From Octopus bimaculoides (taxonomy: Eukaryota): a stretch of DNA of 64,000 nucleotides. This document shows positions 12,702-27,063 of the stretch, one piece after another (within the stretch, counting starts at the first letter, position 1; the number at the start of each line of letters is the position of its first letter). Under the pieces are notes generated by a model. The model searched no databases. It was not told the DNA's origin and saw only the letters and a program-made list of their open reading frames with translations. The DNA is taken from assembly GCF_001194135.2 (NCBI RefSeq), contig NC_068994.1, positions 32,127,234 to 32,191,233 of the forward strand, written 5' to 3'. A program made the translations under genes and the position numbers.

Positions 12702-12805
12702 ACACACACTCACACAATACACACACACAATACACACACACAATACACACACACAATACACACACACAATACACACACAATACACACACACAATACACAC
12801 ACACA
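12702..12805. repeat. (ACACACACAAT)n-like minisatellite at the start of intron 1
   Basis: Repeating acacacacaat units directly after the read-through stop. Confidence 0.85.
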
Positions 12806-15415
12806 AAACAGACAGGCACACAGGCACACACAAAATACATCCACAAACTCATTCACATGTACAAAAAGTCACACACATTTTCACACAAACATATTAGAGA
12901 CACATACTATGAGTGTACTGCTATTACACTTTCGTAACACTACTAAAACGTTACTGTAACATTACGATGACACTACAATGACAAAAATGTACTACTATGA
13001 CACTACTACAACATTAAGATGTCAGAGTGTACTACCAAGACATTTCTATGACAGTGTACTATTACACTTTTATGATATTACTAAAAGTGTGTGTATGTGT
13101 ATGCGTATGTGTGTATAAAACAATGATACTTTTACACTGCAATATTCTATAACAAATTTTTCTACACTGTTTATTATAAACAGTGTAGATACTACATTTA
13201 CCAATGACAAGAATTTTATGCAAATAATGTCTTACACAGTTTATTCAATCTTCTTTTAAAAGTGTTCTGGAAACAATATTTCTGTTGCAACATAACAGAA
13301 CATAACATACATATAAGTATATTTGTGTGTGTGTTTATATATATATATATATTTATATATATTTATATATACACACTCACATACATACATACACACACAC
13401 ACAACATTTATTGCATTTATATATATAAGTATTCATGTAGTTATATTATTGGTGAACCTAGAATCAAACAGTTAAAACATTTTTACATTTTCAAATAAAG
13501 TAAATTTCCCTGATGCAAAGAGTATTCTATGTGAGAGAGGATAAAGCCATGAGAAAGTCGGTGAGACTTGGAACTGTGTCTCCTTGTTAATATCTGGGGG
13601 TTAGGTTTATTGCACAACCTGTCTTCAGTATGAATATACTCTCTCACATAGACACTTTTGTACTATTAAGATGGCTATACTCTCTTACTTAAGTATTTTT
13701 GTACATAAGGCATGAACTTTCCCTCTCACCTGTACATTCTCATTTGTTATTTACCTCATTAAATCTTGAAAAGTCATCCTTTGTATATAATACTAAGAAT
13801 GGTTACAATTTATTCCAATTTGCTTGGCACTCATTCATTGCAGACGATAATTTGTAGGCTTATGTAGTAGAAGATTAGAATCTTTTCTGTTTGCATTCAT
13901 TTTTTGAAATTTTAAAATTATGTGAAAATTTTCAAATTTGGAATATTGATGTTAAAAAATTCATGCTGAATCTGATGACATTGTTCACTAGTTCCAGAAA
14001 ATATTTAAAAAAAAATGTTACTGAGGTTCAAAGTTTGATAATTTTTACCCAATGAGAAACCAGGATTTGGAAGCTGTAGTTTTGTGTGTGACGACAACAT
14101 TACAACAACAGAACATTCATGACACCATTACAATGAGAAAACATTCAACAATGGAAGTTCTAATAAGCTTTAAGCGTTTGATAAACATTCAATGCAAGGA
14201 ATGACCTCCAAAAACAGCAGTAACAGACACATGTCTTATAGCAAAAACATTAAGTTACAAAAAAAAAAAAAAAATGAAAACAAACTGTAGTTCGGTTCAT
14301 GAATACATGGAGAGCAAAATTTCAAAAATGAAAATTTGTGATGCTGTCTAGGATTTTGTCAAATAAATTACAATTTTTGTATCTCCTGTGACACATAAAC
14401 TTGCAGTGAGACATGAGTCAACCATAAGTGAGATATGAGTCAACCATAAAATGGTGAGTGCCAGAACATTGTTCATTACTTCACCTTATATACTTTCCAT
14501 TTGTTACATGTGGGTCTCATCCTTCGAGTTGATAAACCCAATACTAAGTAAGTAGATAAAAGAACAGCTTGACTTGTTACTTGGGAAACAAGCACCTACA
14601 TGTCTGTGGCTTTTGATTGGCTAAAATAACCCAAAACTTGTAAACTTTAAAAACTATTAACGATTTATTTATTAATTGATAACACAAATGAATTTCATTT
14701 CCATAATTAGCATACAAAACTATATCATTACGCCAAATTTGAAATCAAATGGAACAAAATTGAAGAAATTGAAAAGTGAAAGCCAAACAGAAAAGATCTA
14801 AAGATTCTCACATTATTTCATTCTTTTGTATATAAATATTCTTTGTTAAAAACAATGTTTTGGTTTTCAAATAATAGAAACATGCCTAGATAAATATAAA
14901 TACATAAACACACACATATAAGGCAGTTACAAATATGATCAAATGATGAAAAAGTGAAGAGAATTACCTGTGGAACACAAACCCTGTATCTGCTGGGTCC
15001 TGGATCATCATATTACCAGTTATATCAAACAAGTTCTAAAGACATTTAACTATCAAAAACAGTGCTAACGAATGTGTTTACAACTCTTGTGTCACATGAG
15101 GTTCCAATATTGTTATGTAGTCACTCAACCACCATTAACCAAATGGCTCCAACTATTCACAGAGTTCATTGCTGTCTAAATGTGATCATACAGCATGTAA
15201 CAAACAGCTGTAGTGATGAATCTGATGGGTAATTCCATACACATTTTCTATTTTCAGTCATGTTTGTAAATATCTTACAAAGACATAGAAAAAAAATGAA
15301 AACTGATTTACATATAATTAAGATAAATGTATGTTTATGTATATATAATATACATATATGTATGTATTTACACACACACACACACACACACACATATATG
15401 TATGTATATGTGTAT

Positions 15416-15450
<35 letters not shown>

Positions 15451-15452
15451 CT

Positions 15453-15499
<47 letters not shown>

Positions 15500-15531
15500 G
15501 CATTGATTTTGAGCTCTATCCTTTAAGAGAC

Positions 15532-15600
<69 letters not shown>

Positions 15601-15802
15601 TATATATATATATTGATAAGCCACGAAAATGACAAAATATTGATATCCACAACTCTTGAAGGGGATTAGAGGTGAGTTGTATTGTCTGTTTATGATGTTC
15701 AAGTGTTTTAATAGTCACTGCTATGCGGGAGTCATCCCCAAAGCGCTATACTTCAGTAAACTGGTGATCAAGCAAAACACATAAATTGACTATGTGTAGT
15801 TG

Positions 15803-16174
<372 letters not shown>

Positions 16175-17289
16175 CCCACAAGCATATATATATGTATATA
16201 TCTACATGTTTTAAATGCAACTGATGTATATATAAACCATAGATACATACACTCATACTAATACACTAATACAGATCCATACACAATGTCCACATTGGTT
16301 GCTATGAGAGTGGTAGTGTAATTAATTGTCCAGTCTATTTGTTTTTTGTTTTTTTTGTCCCTTGGCAAATAAATGCCTGTACAAGTTCAGCTGGTGCTTT
16401 TCCTTCCTCTGAGACTACGATAAAAACAAAGAAATATAAAAAATACACTTAATTTGACATTATACTTTTCTAAATTGTCAGTAGTTCACAGGAAAATAAA
16501 GTAATGTAATCCTTTGGCCCGTTTTGATGGCATGAAGCATTCTTTTTTTTTTTATTGAATCCCAATCAATGGTTTTAATGCAGTACATATTAAACAGCTA
16601 ACAGTTATACAAACAAAACGACAATTGAAATAAATGTTATTGTATTAAAACAACTGTTAAACTTTGAAAGTCGTGATGAGAATACACTCAAGTAAACAGC
16701 CAGCCAACACATACACTCATTAATCTATTTATGCTTATGGCTACATATCATGTATTTATGTAAGTATATAAGCACACACAATATATGTTTGTATATGATA
16801 TATGATAATACACACAGACACACACACATATATATATAAAAATTATATATATAAAATTTTATACATTAGGAATTGGTGGTCATATTTTGCCAATTAAACA
16901 CATACACTATATAAATTGGTCTTTATTCAGCTTTGTTATTACTATTTTTGTTTCTTTGTCGGTGCTCTTTTGTCACATATCATGTGATCTCATCAACGAC
17001 TCAGAAACAATAATATGATAAATAAATAATAATTCAAATAAGAGATTACCAAATGGACAAAGCAAAACAAGAGGAGACACGTGTGATAAAAAGTTGCTGC
17101 AGAGGTGACAGGATGTGTGACAAAAGAGCATTGACAAAGAAAATTAATTAATAAAAATAAAGCTAAAGTAAAGATTTAAACATATACTGCATGTGTTTAA
17201 TTGTCAAAATATGACCATCCCCAAGTATAACAATATCTGTTTCAACATACAATTTCACATCAAGAATTTTGCAAAACAAATACATATTA

Positions 17290-17332
<43 letters not shown>

Positions 17333-17888
17333 GCACGCACGCACACACACACACACACACACATATAAGTGCATTTTTCATTTATATACTTATATATACA
17401 TATTGTAGATTCATGCACACATTCATCAATGGATACAGGTATGCTTGCATACAGCTACACATTTATTCATACAAACATTCGTCTGTATATAAATATACAT
17501 CCACATACATACATACATATACTCATATAATCATCCATACATATATAAAAATACACATAAAACTGCTTATGTATATACACTGAAGGATGGTGGATCAACA
17601 GTGATGTGTATGATAATGTGTACATATTTTTTGTATTTTGTCTTTCTTTTTCTTATTCTTCCTCCTCTTTTTGTTTTAAAAAATATTCTATTGTTTCAAG
17701 ATTTGAATGTTTTTTTATATAATATTTTTAAAAGCTTCCCTCCCAAAAATGGTCCATTCAGTTATTTTTTCTGTAAAAAAAAAAAGAATTTTGTAAAAAA
17801 AATATGTTAAATAAAACCTAATCTAATGCTGAACCGTCTCCATAGTACTGCCTGACTTAGCTTTAGTTCCTGTCTTTGATCTGTTCAG

Positions 17889-18036
17889 AAGACAGCGGTG
17901 CCATCTAAAATCGATGACAAGAAAGACCATCTGACCACAAACCATTTCAGAAATTGGTCAACTACATTTTCTGATTCTGACACTGGCTGTGGCTGGAAAG
18001 AGGGAGACACTGCTAGACTCTACGAAGAATTACCAG
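17889..18036 (+). CDS. Protocadherin coding exon 2 (cytoplasmic; KTAVPSKIDDKKDHLTTNHFRNWSTTFSDSDTGCGWKEGDTARLYEELP-G)
   Basis: Acceptor ttcctgtctttgatctgttcag| and donor ccag|gtaggc. 148 bp, open, phase 0 in and phase 1 out. It is a unique-sequence island among repeats. The S-D-x-G-x-G-W-x-E-G-D...Y-E-E-L-P pattern recalls mollusc protocadherin tails (from memory, not searched). Confidence 0.85.
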
Positions 18037-18436
18037 GTAGGCCATCAAAAGTAAAAAAAAAAAAAACACACAAAAACCAAAAAATATAAATAATTAACAG
18101 TAATAATAATGATGATGATGATGATGATGATGAAATTTGAAAGCAAACAAACAAAAATAATAATATAATAAATAAATAATAATATAATGAAAAATTTTCA
18201 TTTTATATTTTAACCAAAAACCAAAAATATCAAAAGAAGAAAGGAAATGAAATTCAATTTAGTGATAAAACGGAATATATAATAGTTGAAAGGAAATTAA
18301 AAATAGATGAATATTTCATTTATAAATCAATAAATATATATTTGTTAATTAATAATTTTTCTCCAGGTACATAATTTACCTGGAGAACAGTAATTAAATA
18401 TCAATTATGAAAATAATTTCTACAAAAGAAATTATC

Positions 18437-18498
<62 letters not shown>

Positions 18499-18502
18499 AT
18501 AT

Positions 18503-18557
<55 letters not shown>

Positions 18558-19199
18558 TAATATATATATATATATGTATGTATATATATATAGTTTTTTG
18601 GCTGGTGTTTGTAGTTCCTCTCCCATTATCCAATTTTATTTCAAACGGTTTAATATTATTTTTTTGTTTGTTGCATTTGTGTCAGTTGTTTTTTTAGCCC
18701 TTAACCAAATTTAATATCTTACTTTATATATACATACATACACACATGCACACATATATATGTATGCGTGTAGGTATGTATATATATATATATATATACG
18801 CACATGCACATACACACACACTCTCTCTCTCTCTGTATCTCACACACACATACACACACACACACACATACACACATAAACACATTCTCACATATATATG
18901 TGTGTGTACACACACATTTATATATTGTTATATTTGTTGGCAGAATCATGAGAACATCGTATAAAATGCCTTGTGCTAGTTAGTTCAGTACCTTAATGCT
19001 TTAGCTTAAATTTCCAGCCAAGATCAACTTTGTCTCTGATTCTTCTAGAATTGGTAAATTAAGCGCTAGTCAACTTCTGAGATCTATTAATTAATTCTCC
19101 CCCACCTTGCAATTTGTGGTCTTGTATCAGTGTAAAAGATCAACATTATATTATTCAATATATAATTGATTATTTGTTGGGTTCAATAAATATTATTCA

Positions 19200-19320
19200 A
19201 ATTTTCACTCAGAAGAATTTCCTCTCAACTCATGAAATTAACATGTAAATGGCTGAGTATACCAAAGACACATGCATTCTTTAATATGTATCTCAAGCTG
19301 AATCAATGACATATGTTACG
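19200..19320 (-). mobile_element. Degenerate fragment of the SINE family seen at 38015-38312
   Basis: ctcatgaaattaacatgtaaatggctgagtataccaaagacacatg resembles ctcatgaaattaatgtccaagtggctgagcattccacagatacatg. Confidence 0.55.
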
Positions 19321-19635
19321 TAACAAAGTTGAACCTTTGAATTACAGATGCAGCTCAGAAAGAGAAAGAGGGAGAGATAGATAGAGAGAGAGAGAGAGAG
19401 AAAAAAAAAGGGAGAAAGAGAGAAGAGAAAAATTATGTAGTACTGGCCTGACACTTTATTTATTGCCCCTCACCCTTCCATCCCCTGAAAGGATGAAATG
19501 TAAAATTGATCACTGCAATGATAACAGCAAAAACTTAACTCGGGTCACAGAAGAGGTGGAATGAATACTGTAAAGCATTTAAAGCAATGCTCTCATGATT
19601 CTGCTAATTGATACTCTTAATTAAAATATAGGGCA

Positions 19636-19780
19636 GAAAACTGACAGAAGCAGTAGAGTTTCAGGCTTATGATGTTTAGTTATACATCTTCCTTTAGGTT
19701 CAGGGCTCAAATTCCATTGAGGCCAATTTTGCATTTGATTCTTTTAGGGACCGGTAAAATAAAGTACCAGTCATGTTGTG
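19636..19780 (+). mobile_element. Degenerate SINE family B copy
   Basis: aactgacagaagc...gggctcaaattccattgaggccaattttgc...taaaataaagtaccagtc. Confidence 0.55.
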
Positions 19781-20196
19781 ATGTTGGATCAGAGTTGAAG
19801 ACAGTTCAGAGGATAAAATGTAACACGATTTGTTAAAGATATAATGTAAAAAAAAAACAAAAAAAAATAAGCTGAAACAGGAAACCCTTGGATGTCAGAC
19901 TAAGAGATGACAAGGAGAAGCCCCTACAAAGCCAATACCTGCAAATGGATAAACAAAGAAATGGGTAAAGGAAATTCTAGAATTTGCTGAGAATCACAGA
20001 ACTCAATGCTGCTTTTGAAGGTTTTTTTTTTGTTTTTTATTGCAGCACAAAAGTGAAGCTGCCCAATGAGAAATTATCAGAAACATAGAATAAAACGATA
20101 CAATATGTAACTGTAGAATAAATGAAGTTTGGGAAGAAACAACTGATTATTTTCCTTGTATACCCAGAGGAGAATAAATCTACATGTGTGTGTGTA

Positions 20197-20240
<44 letters not shown>

Positions 20241-20389
20241 CAAATATGTATGTATATGTGTATTGACAAAGCCCAGGGAGGCAGGAATGTTCAGCAATCA
20301 TTCTTTCTACCAGTGCTGGACGATTTTTGCCTGTTGCTGGTGCAGTTTTATGCTTTAAAATACAGAGCTGAATAATCGAGCTGGAGCTT

Positions 20390-20655
20390 CATGAAATACT
20401 GACAGAAAAAGGATAACAGAAATATATGCAAGGAAAAAATCTTAGAGAATGACACAACGACCATACTCTGGGATAAGGCACCAATTACATACTTACAAGA
20501 GGATGAAGGAAATTTGACAAGGTACTGTTATGAAGGACTATCTGATCATGAAGTGTATCCTGATCAAAGTATCAATCCCAAGCTGACAATAATTTATCTC
20601 CAAATGAAGAAAGGAAACCATCAAAATATAAGATCTGGAAATAGAGATAACCATA
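20390..20655 (+). mobile_element. Heavily decayed RLE-type LINE fragment
   Basis: Frameshifted pieces ILENDTTTILWD, KVSIP..DNNLS, SKY(K)DLEIEIT parallel the RLE peptide at 50531-50782. Confidence 0.6.
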
Positions 20656-20779
20656 ATATTTTAAGAAATTAGTCCTTAGACTTTTCAGTGTTTTTGGAAT
20701 GATTAATACTGTGGAAAATACAAATCCTTCAACTTTCATATAATGCATAGTAAGTAACCAAGTAAGTAAGTACTAACTT

Positions 20780-20975
20780 GAGTTCTTGGACTCATAGGGC
20801 TGGTTACCAGGGTTCTATGGCATAAAAGTGACCATGAGTCCATCATTCCTCCTGAACAGGACGTTAGTCCATTGAACAGTTACTCATTCACAACTGAGTA
20901 AACTGGAGCAATGTGAAATTAAGTGTCTTACTTAAAAACACAATTTACTGCCTTGCCATTAGGCCATATGCCTTC
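20780..20975 (-). mobile_element. Degenerate SINE (shares ...ggagcaatgtgaaattaagtgtctt...acac core with 38190-38240 and 61020-61090)
   Basis: Shared core seen by eye. Confidence 0.5.
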
Positions 20976-21589
20976 ACTTAATGCAAATGCAACACATAGC
21001 AAATAACATTACCAGATAATGAAAAGTATTGTAACTGCTGTATGTGGAAGTCCACCTTGGGCATGGCTTTTATGGGGGCAACCATGTTTTGAGTCTGCCA
21101 TATAAGCTTGCATAGGTTGTATAGGCCTGGGGTGGGTGGGGTGAAGTATGGGGGTAAAACTCAATGGGGTGATCCCCCAGACAACATGCACTCTAGCTAT
21201 GTCACTGATTATGTAAGCATACATTATGTACAGCAGTGTTAATGTATGCAGAAAATACAAAAGCACAAATCCAAGGTGAACATATACAACATTGCCCTCG
21301 GTAATGCAGTGAAAGTACTCAATAAAACAGAACTACTTTTAATAATAATAATCACCATTATCATCACTACCATCACCATCTTCCCCATCGCCACCACCAC
21401 TATCACCATCACCACCATTACCATCTTCACCACTGCTATCACTATCATCACCACTACCACCACCATCACTGCCACCACCTTCACTGCCACCATCGCCACC
21501 ACCGCCACCACATACCACATACCACATACCACCATAATCACCACCACCACCACCACCACCACCACCACCACCACCAAATGTTTAGTGTA

Positions 21590-21870
21590 GTGGATTGGCA
21601 GAATCAGTGGAGCACTAGACGTAAATGCTTTGCGGTATTCAGTTGTCTTCCTTTACATTTTGAGTTCAAATCCCGCCTAGGCTGATGTTGCCTTTTATTT
21701 TTGTAAGAAATCGATAAACTAAAATTAAGCATCAAGTAATTGTGGGAGAGAAGGGGAGTGGGGTGGCAGTGGGAGCAAGTTTGAGTGATGATATAATTAA
21801 CCATTCTCTTACTCCCCCCTTCCCACCACAGATCTTTTGGTCTTGTGCCTCTGTTAGAAATCATTATTAT
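21590..21870 (+). mobile_element. SINE family B copy (diverged)
   Basis: gattggcagaatcagtggagcac...aaatgctt...ttgagttcaaatcccgc...cttgtgcct...gaaatcattatt. Confidence 0.65.
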
Positions 21871-22269
21871 CATTTATTATTATTATTATTGTTCTTATTG
21901 TTGTTGCGTGCTTTCGCTGCAAAGTCTTAACTGTATCTTCAAACTTTCACTGCGTAATTAAATGCAGCTATGTATGCCTTAAGCATGTGCAGTGTCTCTG
22001 CTTTGTTTCCTTTATTGTGCAATTTGTATTGTATTAAAAGTATTGTATTAAAAGTCAGAAGAGTTATTATCTAAATATTGTGTTGTGTTGTGTTGTGTTG
22101 TTGTATACATTCTAGGCCCTTTGTTAAGAGATTGGTTTGCAGCCCCCCCCCCCNNNNNNNNNNCCCCCCTTTTTTTTTTTAATAATTCCTAAGGCACCTA
22201 CTTTTACAAAAATTGTTTCTGTTTTCAATCCCCACATTCCAGATCTTTCTATTTGGATAGTTTCTCCAT

Positions 22270-23470
22270 TTATTATTTATTCCAGAGATATATTATCATC
22301 ATCTGTTTGGAAATGACACAAGGATTTTGGAGAAGTTTTACTTGATGCTACTTTGACAATAATGCCCATGAAATATTCCTTAATCTACTTGTCTCTGTGA
22401 ATCATGGCATCTGGTTATTTTGTCTTTGCATAAATATTCTTTGTGCTGTGTATTTCAACCATCTCTTGTCTGTTAGTAATCCATAATAACTGGCTTTGTT
22501 TCCAGTGAATGAAACATCAAACTCTGTCAGGCTTATGTAAATACTCTGCTTTGAATAAATCTAGGCCGCTAGAAGCAATGTCACTAATTGTTTCTCAGTA
22601 ACTTCCACATATTTTGCATACAATATTTGATTGCATAAAGGCTGTGTGGGCATGTCAGATGCATCTCAATTTTAGCAGTGCATATTCAAGAACGAAATTT
22701 CCAGTGCATTAAAACATGTAATATTTAAAACAGTGTAACAGTACATTACAAAACATAACAAAAGTACCTTAGCTGTAAAAAAATATTGCTGAGTATAAAA
22801 AATGAATATTATCATGGAGCCAGGCTATAAAGTGGCAAGCTGGTAGAATTTTAACTGCGCCAGGCAAAATGCTTAGTGGCATTTCATCTGTTTTTGTGCT
22901 CTGAGTTCAAATTCTGCTGGGGTTGACTTTGCCTTTCATCCTCTTGAGGTTGATAAAATAAGTATTTGACTTACTCTCCTCCTCAAATTGCTGGCTTTGT
23001 GCCAAAATTCAACATCAATATTATGGAGTCAGACTAGGTATAAGAGATGGTGTGGATTAAAAAACATCTGGGACAAAATTAGTTCATTGGAGGCTCAACT
23101 TCACATATAGGATCCAGGGTGATTTTTTTGAGACATTTTTAAGGAGAGAAAGTGCATCTTATATACCATCAAATATGGTAATCTACTTCTTTATAATAGT
23201 CTACTGGGAAATCTTTAGACTTTGATGTCATCAGAAACCCTTGATTCCAGAGCTGAATCCTGAAATTCTTAGCCATTGCAGATAAAAATCTACTACTACT
23301 TTGATCAGTCTTGTCTGTTATTAGCCATACAAAGGGGTTTTCTAGCCAATGTTTTAGTATGGCATTTTGTAAACCTGATTTTAATGTATGTCTTCAGTTT
23401 ATTAATACTTTCTCCAGTTGATTCTTCATCTTCTTCCTAGTTATCTCAAAGCTTCTGTTTTAATGTTTGC
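22270..23470 (-). mobile_element. Decayed RLE-type LINE 3' region, interrupted by a family B SINE
   Basis: Minus-strand frames give CKICG / EKTISDIASS..KAEYLHKPDRV*CFIHWK / KTK*PDAMIHRDK (degenerate CCHC knuckle, RHD and PD motifs) at 22270-22700, and WLRISGFSSGIKGFLM near 23225-23280. Confidence 0.55.
22830..23020 (+). mobile_element. SINE family B copy
   Basis: aagctggtagaatt...ggcaaaatgcttagtggc...ctgagttcaaattc...ttgactttgcctttcatcc...gctttgtgccaaaatt. Confidence 0.75.
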
Positions 23471-24024
23471 TGGCCACACCCAACATTGAAAATGTCTTTG
23501 TTTGTTGTTATATTGTTTTACACTTTTTCTGAGTTCAGTCATTGAACAGCAGCCATGTTGGTGCAATATCTTTGAGGGTTTCTTTTTAGTCGATCACATT
23601 GATCCCACTACTTAATTCCTTTTGGTGCTTATTTTACTGATCTTTATCAAATTGCTAAGTTAAGCTTTAATTTTTACATCCATGGATGTAAATATATACA
23701 CCAGTTTAAACTACTAGACATAAATGGAGACACAGACATATATACAAATACTCACACATATGCATGCGCACTGTGCACACACACACACGCACGCACAGAG
23801 AAGAGGTGTAAACATTAGTGTATGCAGTAGAAAAATACAAGTACTTAATACTGTAAGTGAAGTTAATAATTTCTTGGAAGCTGAAACTTCACAAATTGTT
23901 TCTCTGATTTTCTCATTGGTGATCTTCAGACAATTATGAAAAGTAAGGACTTCATGACTTCATGGTTCTTCACCATTTATTTGTCATCATTTTTTTTTTT
24001 AATTATTTTTTTTTTTACTAAATA

Positions 24025-24267
24025 GTGGAGGTGCAATGGCCCAGTGGTTAGGGCAGCAGACTCGCGGTTGTATGATCGCGGTTTCGATTCCCAGACCGGG
24101 CGTTGTGAGTGTTTATTGAGCGAAAACACCTAAAGCTCCACGAGGCTCCGGCAGGGGATGGTGGCGAACCCTGCTGTACTCTTACACCACAACTTTCTCT
24201 CACTCTTTCTTCCTGTTTCTGTTGTGCCTGTAATTCAAAGGGCCATCCTTGTCACACTGTGTCACGC
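24025..24267 (+). mobile_element. Young tRNA-derived SINE, family C
   Basis: A-box tggcccagtgg, B-box-like ggtttcgattccc, CpGs retained; homologous to the inverted copy at 27987-28244; 3' end lost in a gap. Confidence 0.85.
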
Positions 24268-24998
24268 NNNNNNNNNNNNNNNNNNNNNNNNNNNNNNNNN
24301 NNNNNNNNNNNNNNNNNNNNNNNNNNNNNNNNNNNNNNNNNNNNNNNNNNNNNNNNNNNNNNNNNNNNNNNNNNNNNNNNNNNNNNNNNNNNNNNNNNNN
24401 NNNNNNNNNNNNNNNNNNNNNNNNNNNNNNNNNNNNNNNNNNNNNNNNNNNNNNNNNNNNNNNNNNNNNNNNNNNNNNNNNNNNNNNNNNNNNNNNNNNN
24501 NNNNNNNNNNNNNNNNNNNNNNNNNNNNNNNNNNNNNNNNNNNNNNNNNNNNNNNNNNNNNNNNNNNNNNNNNNNNNNNNNNNNNNNNNNNNNNNNNNNN
24601 NNNNNNNNNNNNNNNNNNNNNNNNNNNNNNNNNNNNNNNNNNNNNNNNNNNNNNNNNNNNNNNNNNNNNNNNNNNNNNNNNNNNNNNNNNNNNNNNNNNN
24701 NNNNNNNNNNNNNNNNNNNNNNNNNNNNNNNNNNNNNNNNNNNNNNNNNNNNNNNNNNNNNNNNNNNNNNNNNNNNNNNNNNNNNNNNNNNNNNNNNNNN
24801 NNNNNNNNNNNNNNNNNNNNNNNNNNNNNNNNNNNNNNNNNNNNNNNNNNNNNNNNNNNNNNNNNNNNNNNNNNNNNNNNNNNNNNNNNNNNNNNNNNNN
24901 NNNNNNNNNNNNNNNNNNNNNNNNNNNNNNNNNNNNNNNNNNNNNNNNNNNNNNNNNNNNNNNNNNNNNNNNNNNNNNNNNNNNNNNNNNNNNNNNNN

Positions 24999-25169
24999 TG
25001 CATTTTTGGCACATATGAACTGTTTACATTAGTTTTGTAAACCAACAGTGGATATTTTATAACAATTTTCTCATTGAAGAAGGCCTTTACCTCACTGCAT
25101 TTTTGGCACATATGAACTGTTTACATTAGTTTTGTAAACCAACAGTGGATATTTTATAACAATTTTCTT
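24999..25169. repeat. Exact duplication of about 72 bp next to a gap
   Basis: tgcatttttggcacatatgaactg...ataacaattttct at 24999 and again at about 25097. Confidence 0.8.
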
Positions 25170-25490
25170 TCTGCAGTACTTGGCTGTGTAGTACTCACAA
25201 TTTCAAGATCATGATTTTGATATCCGTTCCAGGCAGTGTGTTGTGTTCTTGAACAAAACATTTCATTTTGCGTAACCCCACTCTACTCAACTGTAAATAA
25301 GTAACTCCACAATTGACTGGCTTCCTGTTTAGGGGGGAATGTTTTGATTCCAGCTGCTTATATACTATGGCAACTGAGTAAAACCAGCCCTATAAATCCA
25401 TGACTTGAGACAGTAATATCAAGGAGTTCATGATGACGATAGTGATGATGAAGGGGTTCTTATATTATTGTGTCTATGGTAAATATAAAT

Positions 25491-25893
25491 TCTCTCTCTT
25501 TTACTCTTTTACTTGTTTCAGTCATTTGACTGTGGCCATGCTGGAGCACCACCTTTAGTCGAGTAAATCGACCCCAGGACTTATTCTTTGTAAGCCTAGT
25601 ACTTATTTTTTCGGTCCCTTTTGCCAAACCGCTAAGTTATGGGGACGTAAACACACCACCATCGGTTGTTAAGCGATGTTGGGGGGACAAACACAGACAC
25701 ACACACACACAGACATACACACATATATATACATATATCTGACAGGCTCCTTTCAGTTTCCATCTACCAAATCCACTCACAAGGCTTTGGTTGGCCCGAG
25801 GCTATAGTAGAAGACACTTGCCCAAGGTGCCACGCAGTGGGAATGAACCCAGAACCATGTGGTTGGTAAGCAAGCTACTTACCACACAGCCAC
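25491..25893 (-). mobile_element. SINE family A, full length
   Basis: Minus strand begins gtggctgtgtggtaagtagcttgc...gggttcattccc; ends gactgaaacaagtaaaagagtaaaagagaga. Confidence 0.85.
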
Positions 25894-25938
25894 TTCTGCA
25901 CCATTNNNNNNNNNNNNNNNNNNNNNNNNNNNNNAAAT

Positions 25939-26341
25939 TCTCTCTCTTTTACTCTTTTACTTGTTTCAGTCATTTGACTGTGGCCATGCTGGAGCACCAC
26001 CTTTAGTCGAGTAAATCGACCCCAGGACTTATTCTTTGTAAGCCTAGTACTTATTCTTTCGGTCCCTTTTGCCAAACCGCTAAGTTATGGGGACGTAAAC
26101 ACACCACCATCGGTTGTTAAGCGATGTTGGGGGGACAAACACAGACACACACACACACAGACATACACACATATATATACATATATCTGACAGGCTCCTT
26201 TCAGTTTCCATCTACCAAATCCACTCACAAGGCTTTGGTTGGCCCGAGGCTATAGTAGAAGACACTTGCCCAAGGTGCCACGCAGTGGGAATGAACCCAG
26301 AACCATGTGGTTGGTAAGCAAGCTACTTACCACACAGCCAC
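25939..26341 (-). mobile_element. SINE family A, near-identical duplicate of 25491-25893 across a 29-N gap (probable assembly duplication)
   Basis: Same flanks (aaattc / ttctgcaccatt); I saw only one base difference by eye. Confidence 0.8.
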
Positions 26342-27002
26342 TTCTGCACCATTTTTTGTTTGTTTTTGACTGGTTCATTTACAATTTTCCTTGTTTTTTC
26401 CTATTTCTTTTTCTTAATCCATTTAGCTTCCAGTTGAGACTATCATAATTGAAATGCAATACGGAAACAGCTGGGATTCTGATACTTAACATCTTATCAT
26501 TAGCATTCTGTTTTGTTTTTAAGTATTAATTGAGTACATCATTAATATTCCTTTGTAGTATTTTCTTTCATTTAAGTGTATTTGTACGCTGTCTAGTTAA
26601 TTAATTCTTAAGTATTTGTAAGTCTGTATTTGGTCTAATTATCTTTGTTTTTATTTTTTTTATCAATCATGATACTGCTGTTTTTTTTATTTATAATTAT
26701 TGTTATTGATTTTTCTTTTTCTTTCATTAAGATGATTTGACCAACTAACAAAATTTCATACTAGTTTCTCTACTGAATCTGTGTGCCATATCTAAGAAGG
26801 CTTCCTGCTGTTTTATAGTCTTTTCTGCATACAACTTGAGGTCTTCAGTATAGAGTTAATGGTTGATTGTCATGCCATAGCATGGAAGTCTATTTCCAGT
26901 TTGGTTTAGAATATTACTTAAAGGTCTTAGCTCCAAAGAGAAAATAAGTGGAGATATAGATAGATAGAAAGATATACATATACAAAAGTGTGTGTGTGAG
27001 TC

Positions 27003-27063
<61 letters not shown>

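Noticed and set aside
14968-15035. Minus-strand exon-like segment (ag|NLFDITGNMMIQDPADTGFVFH|gtaatt)
   Set aside because: One open 68-nt frame with splice dinucleotides is expected by chance in 64 kb; no recognisable homology and no partner exon could be linked. Stranded RNA-seq would settle it.
24025-24100. tRNA-like sequences (also 28170-28244 and the family A/D heads)
   Set aside because: A/B boxes continue into shared non-tRNA bodies with no acceptor stem; these are SINE heads, not tRNA genes.
24999-25169. Direct repeat of about 72 bp
   Set aside because: Begins at a gap edge and is exact; likely an assembly artefact.
25491-26345. Apparent tandem duplication of a full SINE with its flanks
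   Set aside because: Near-identical copies including flanks on either side of a 29-N gap; typical of unmerged contig overlap or two haplotypes, not biology.
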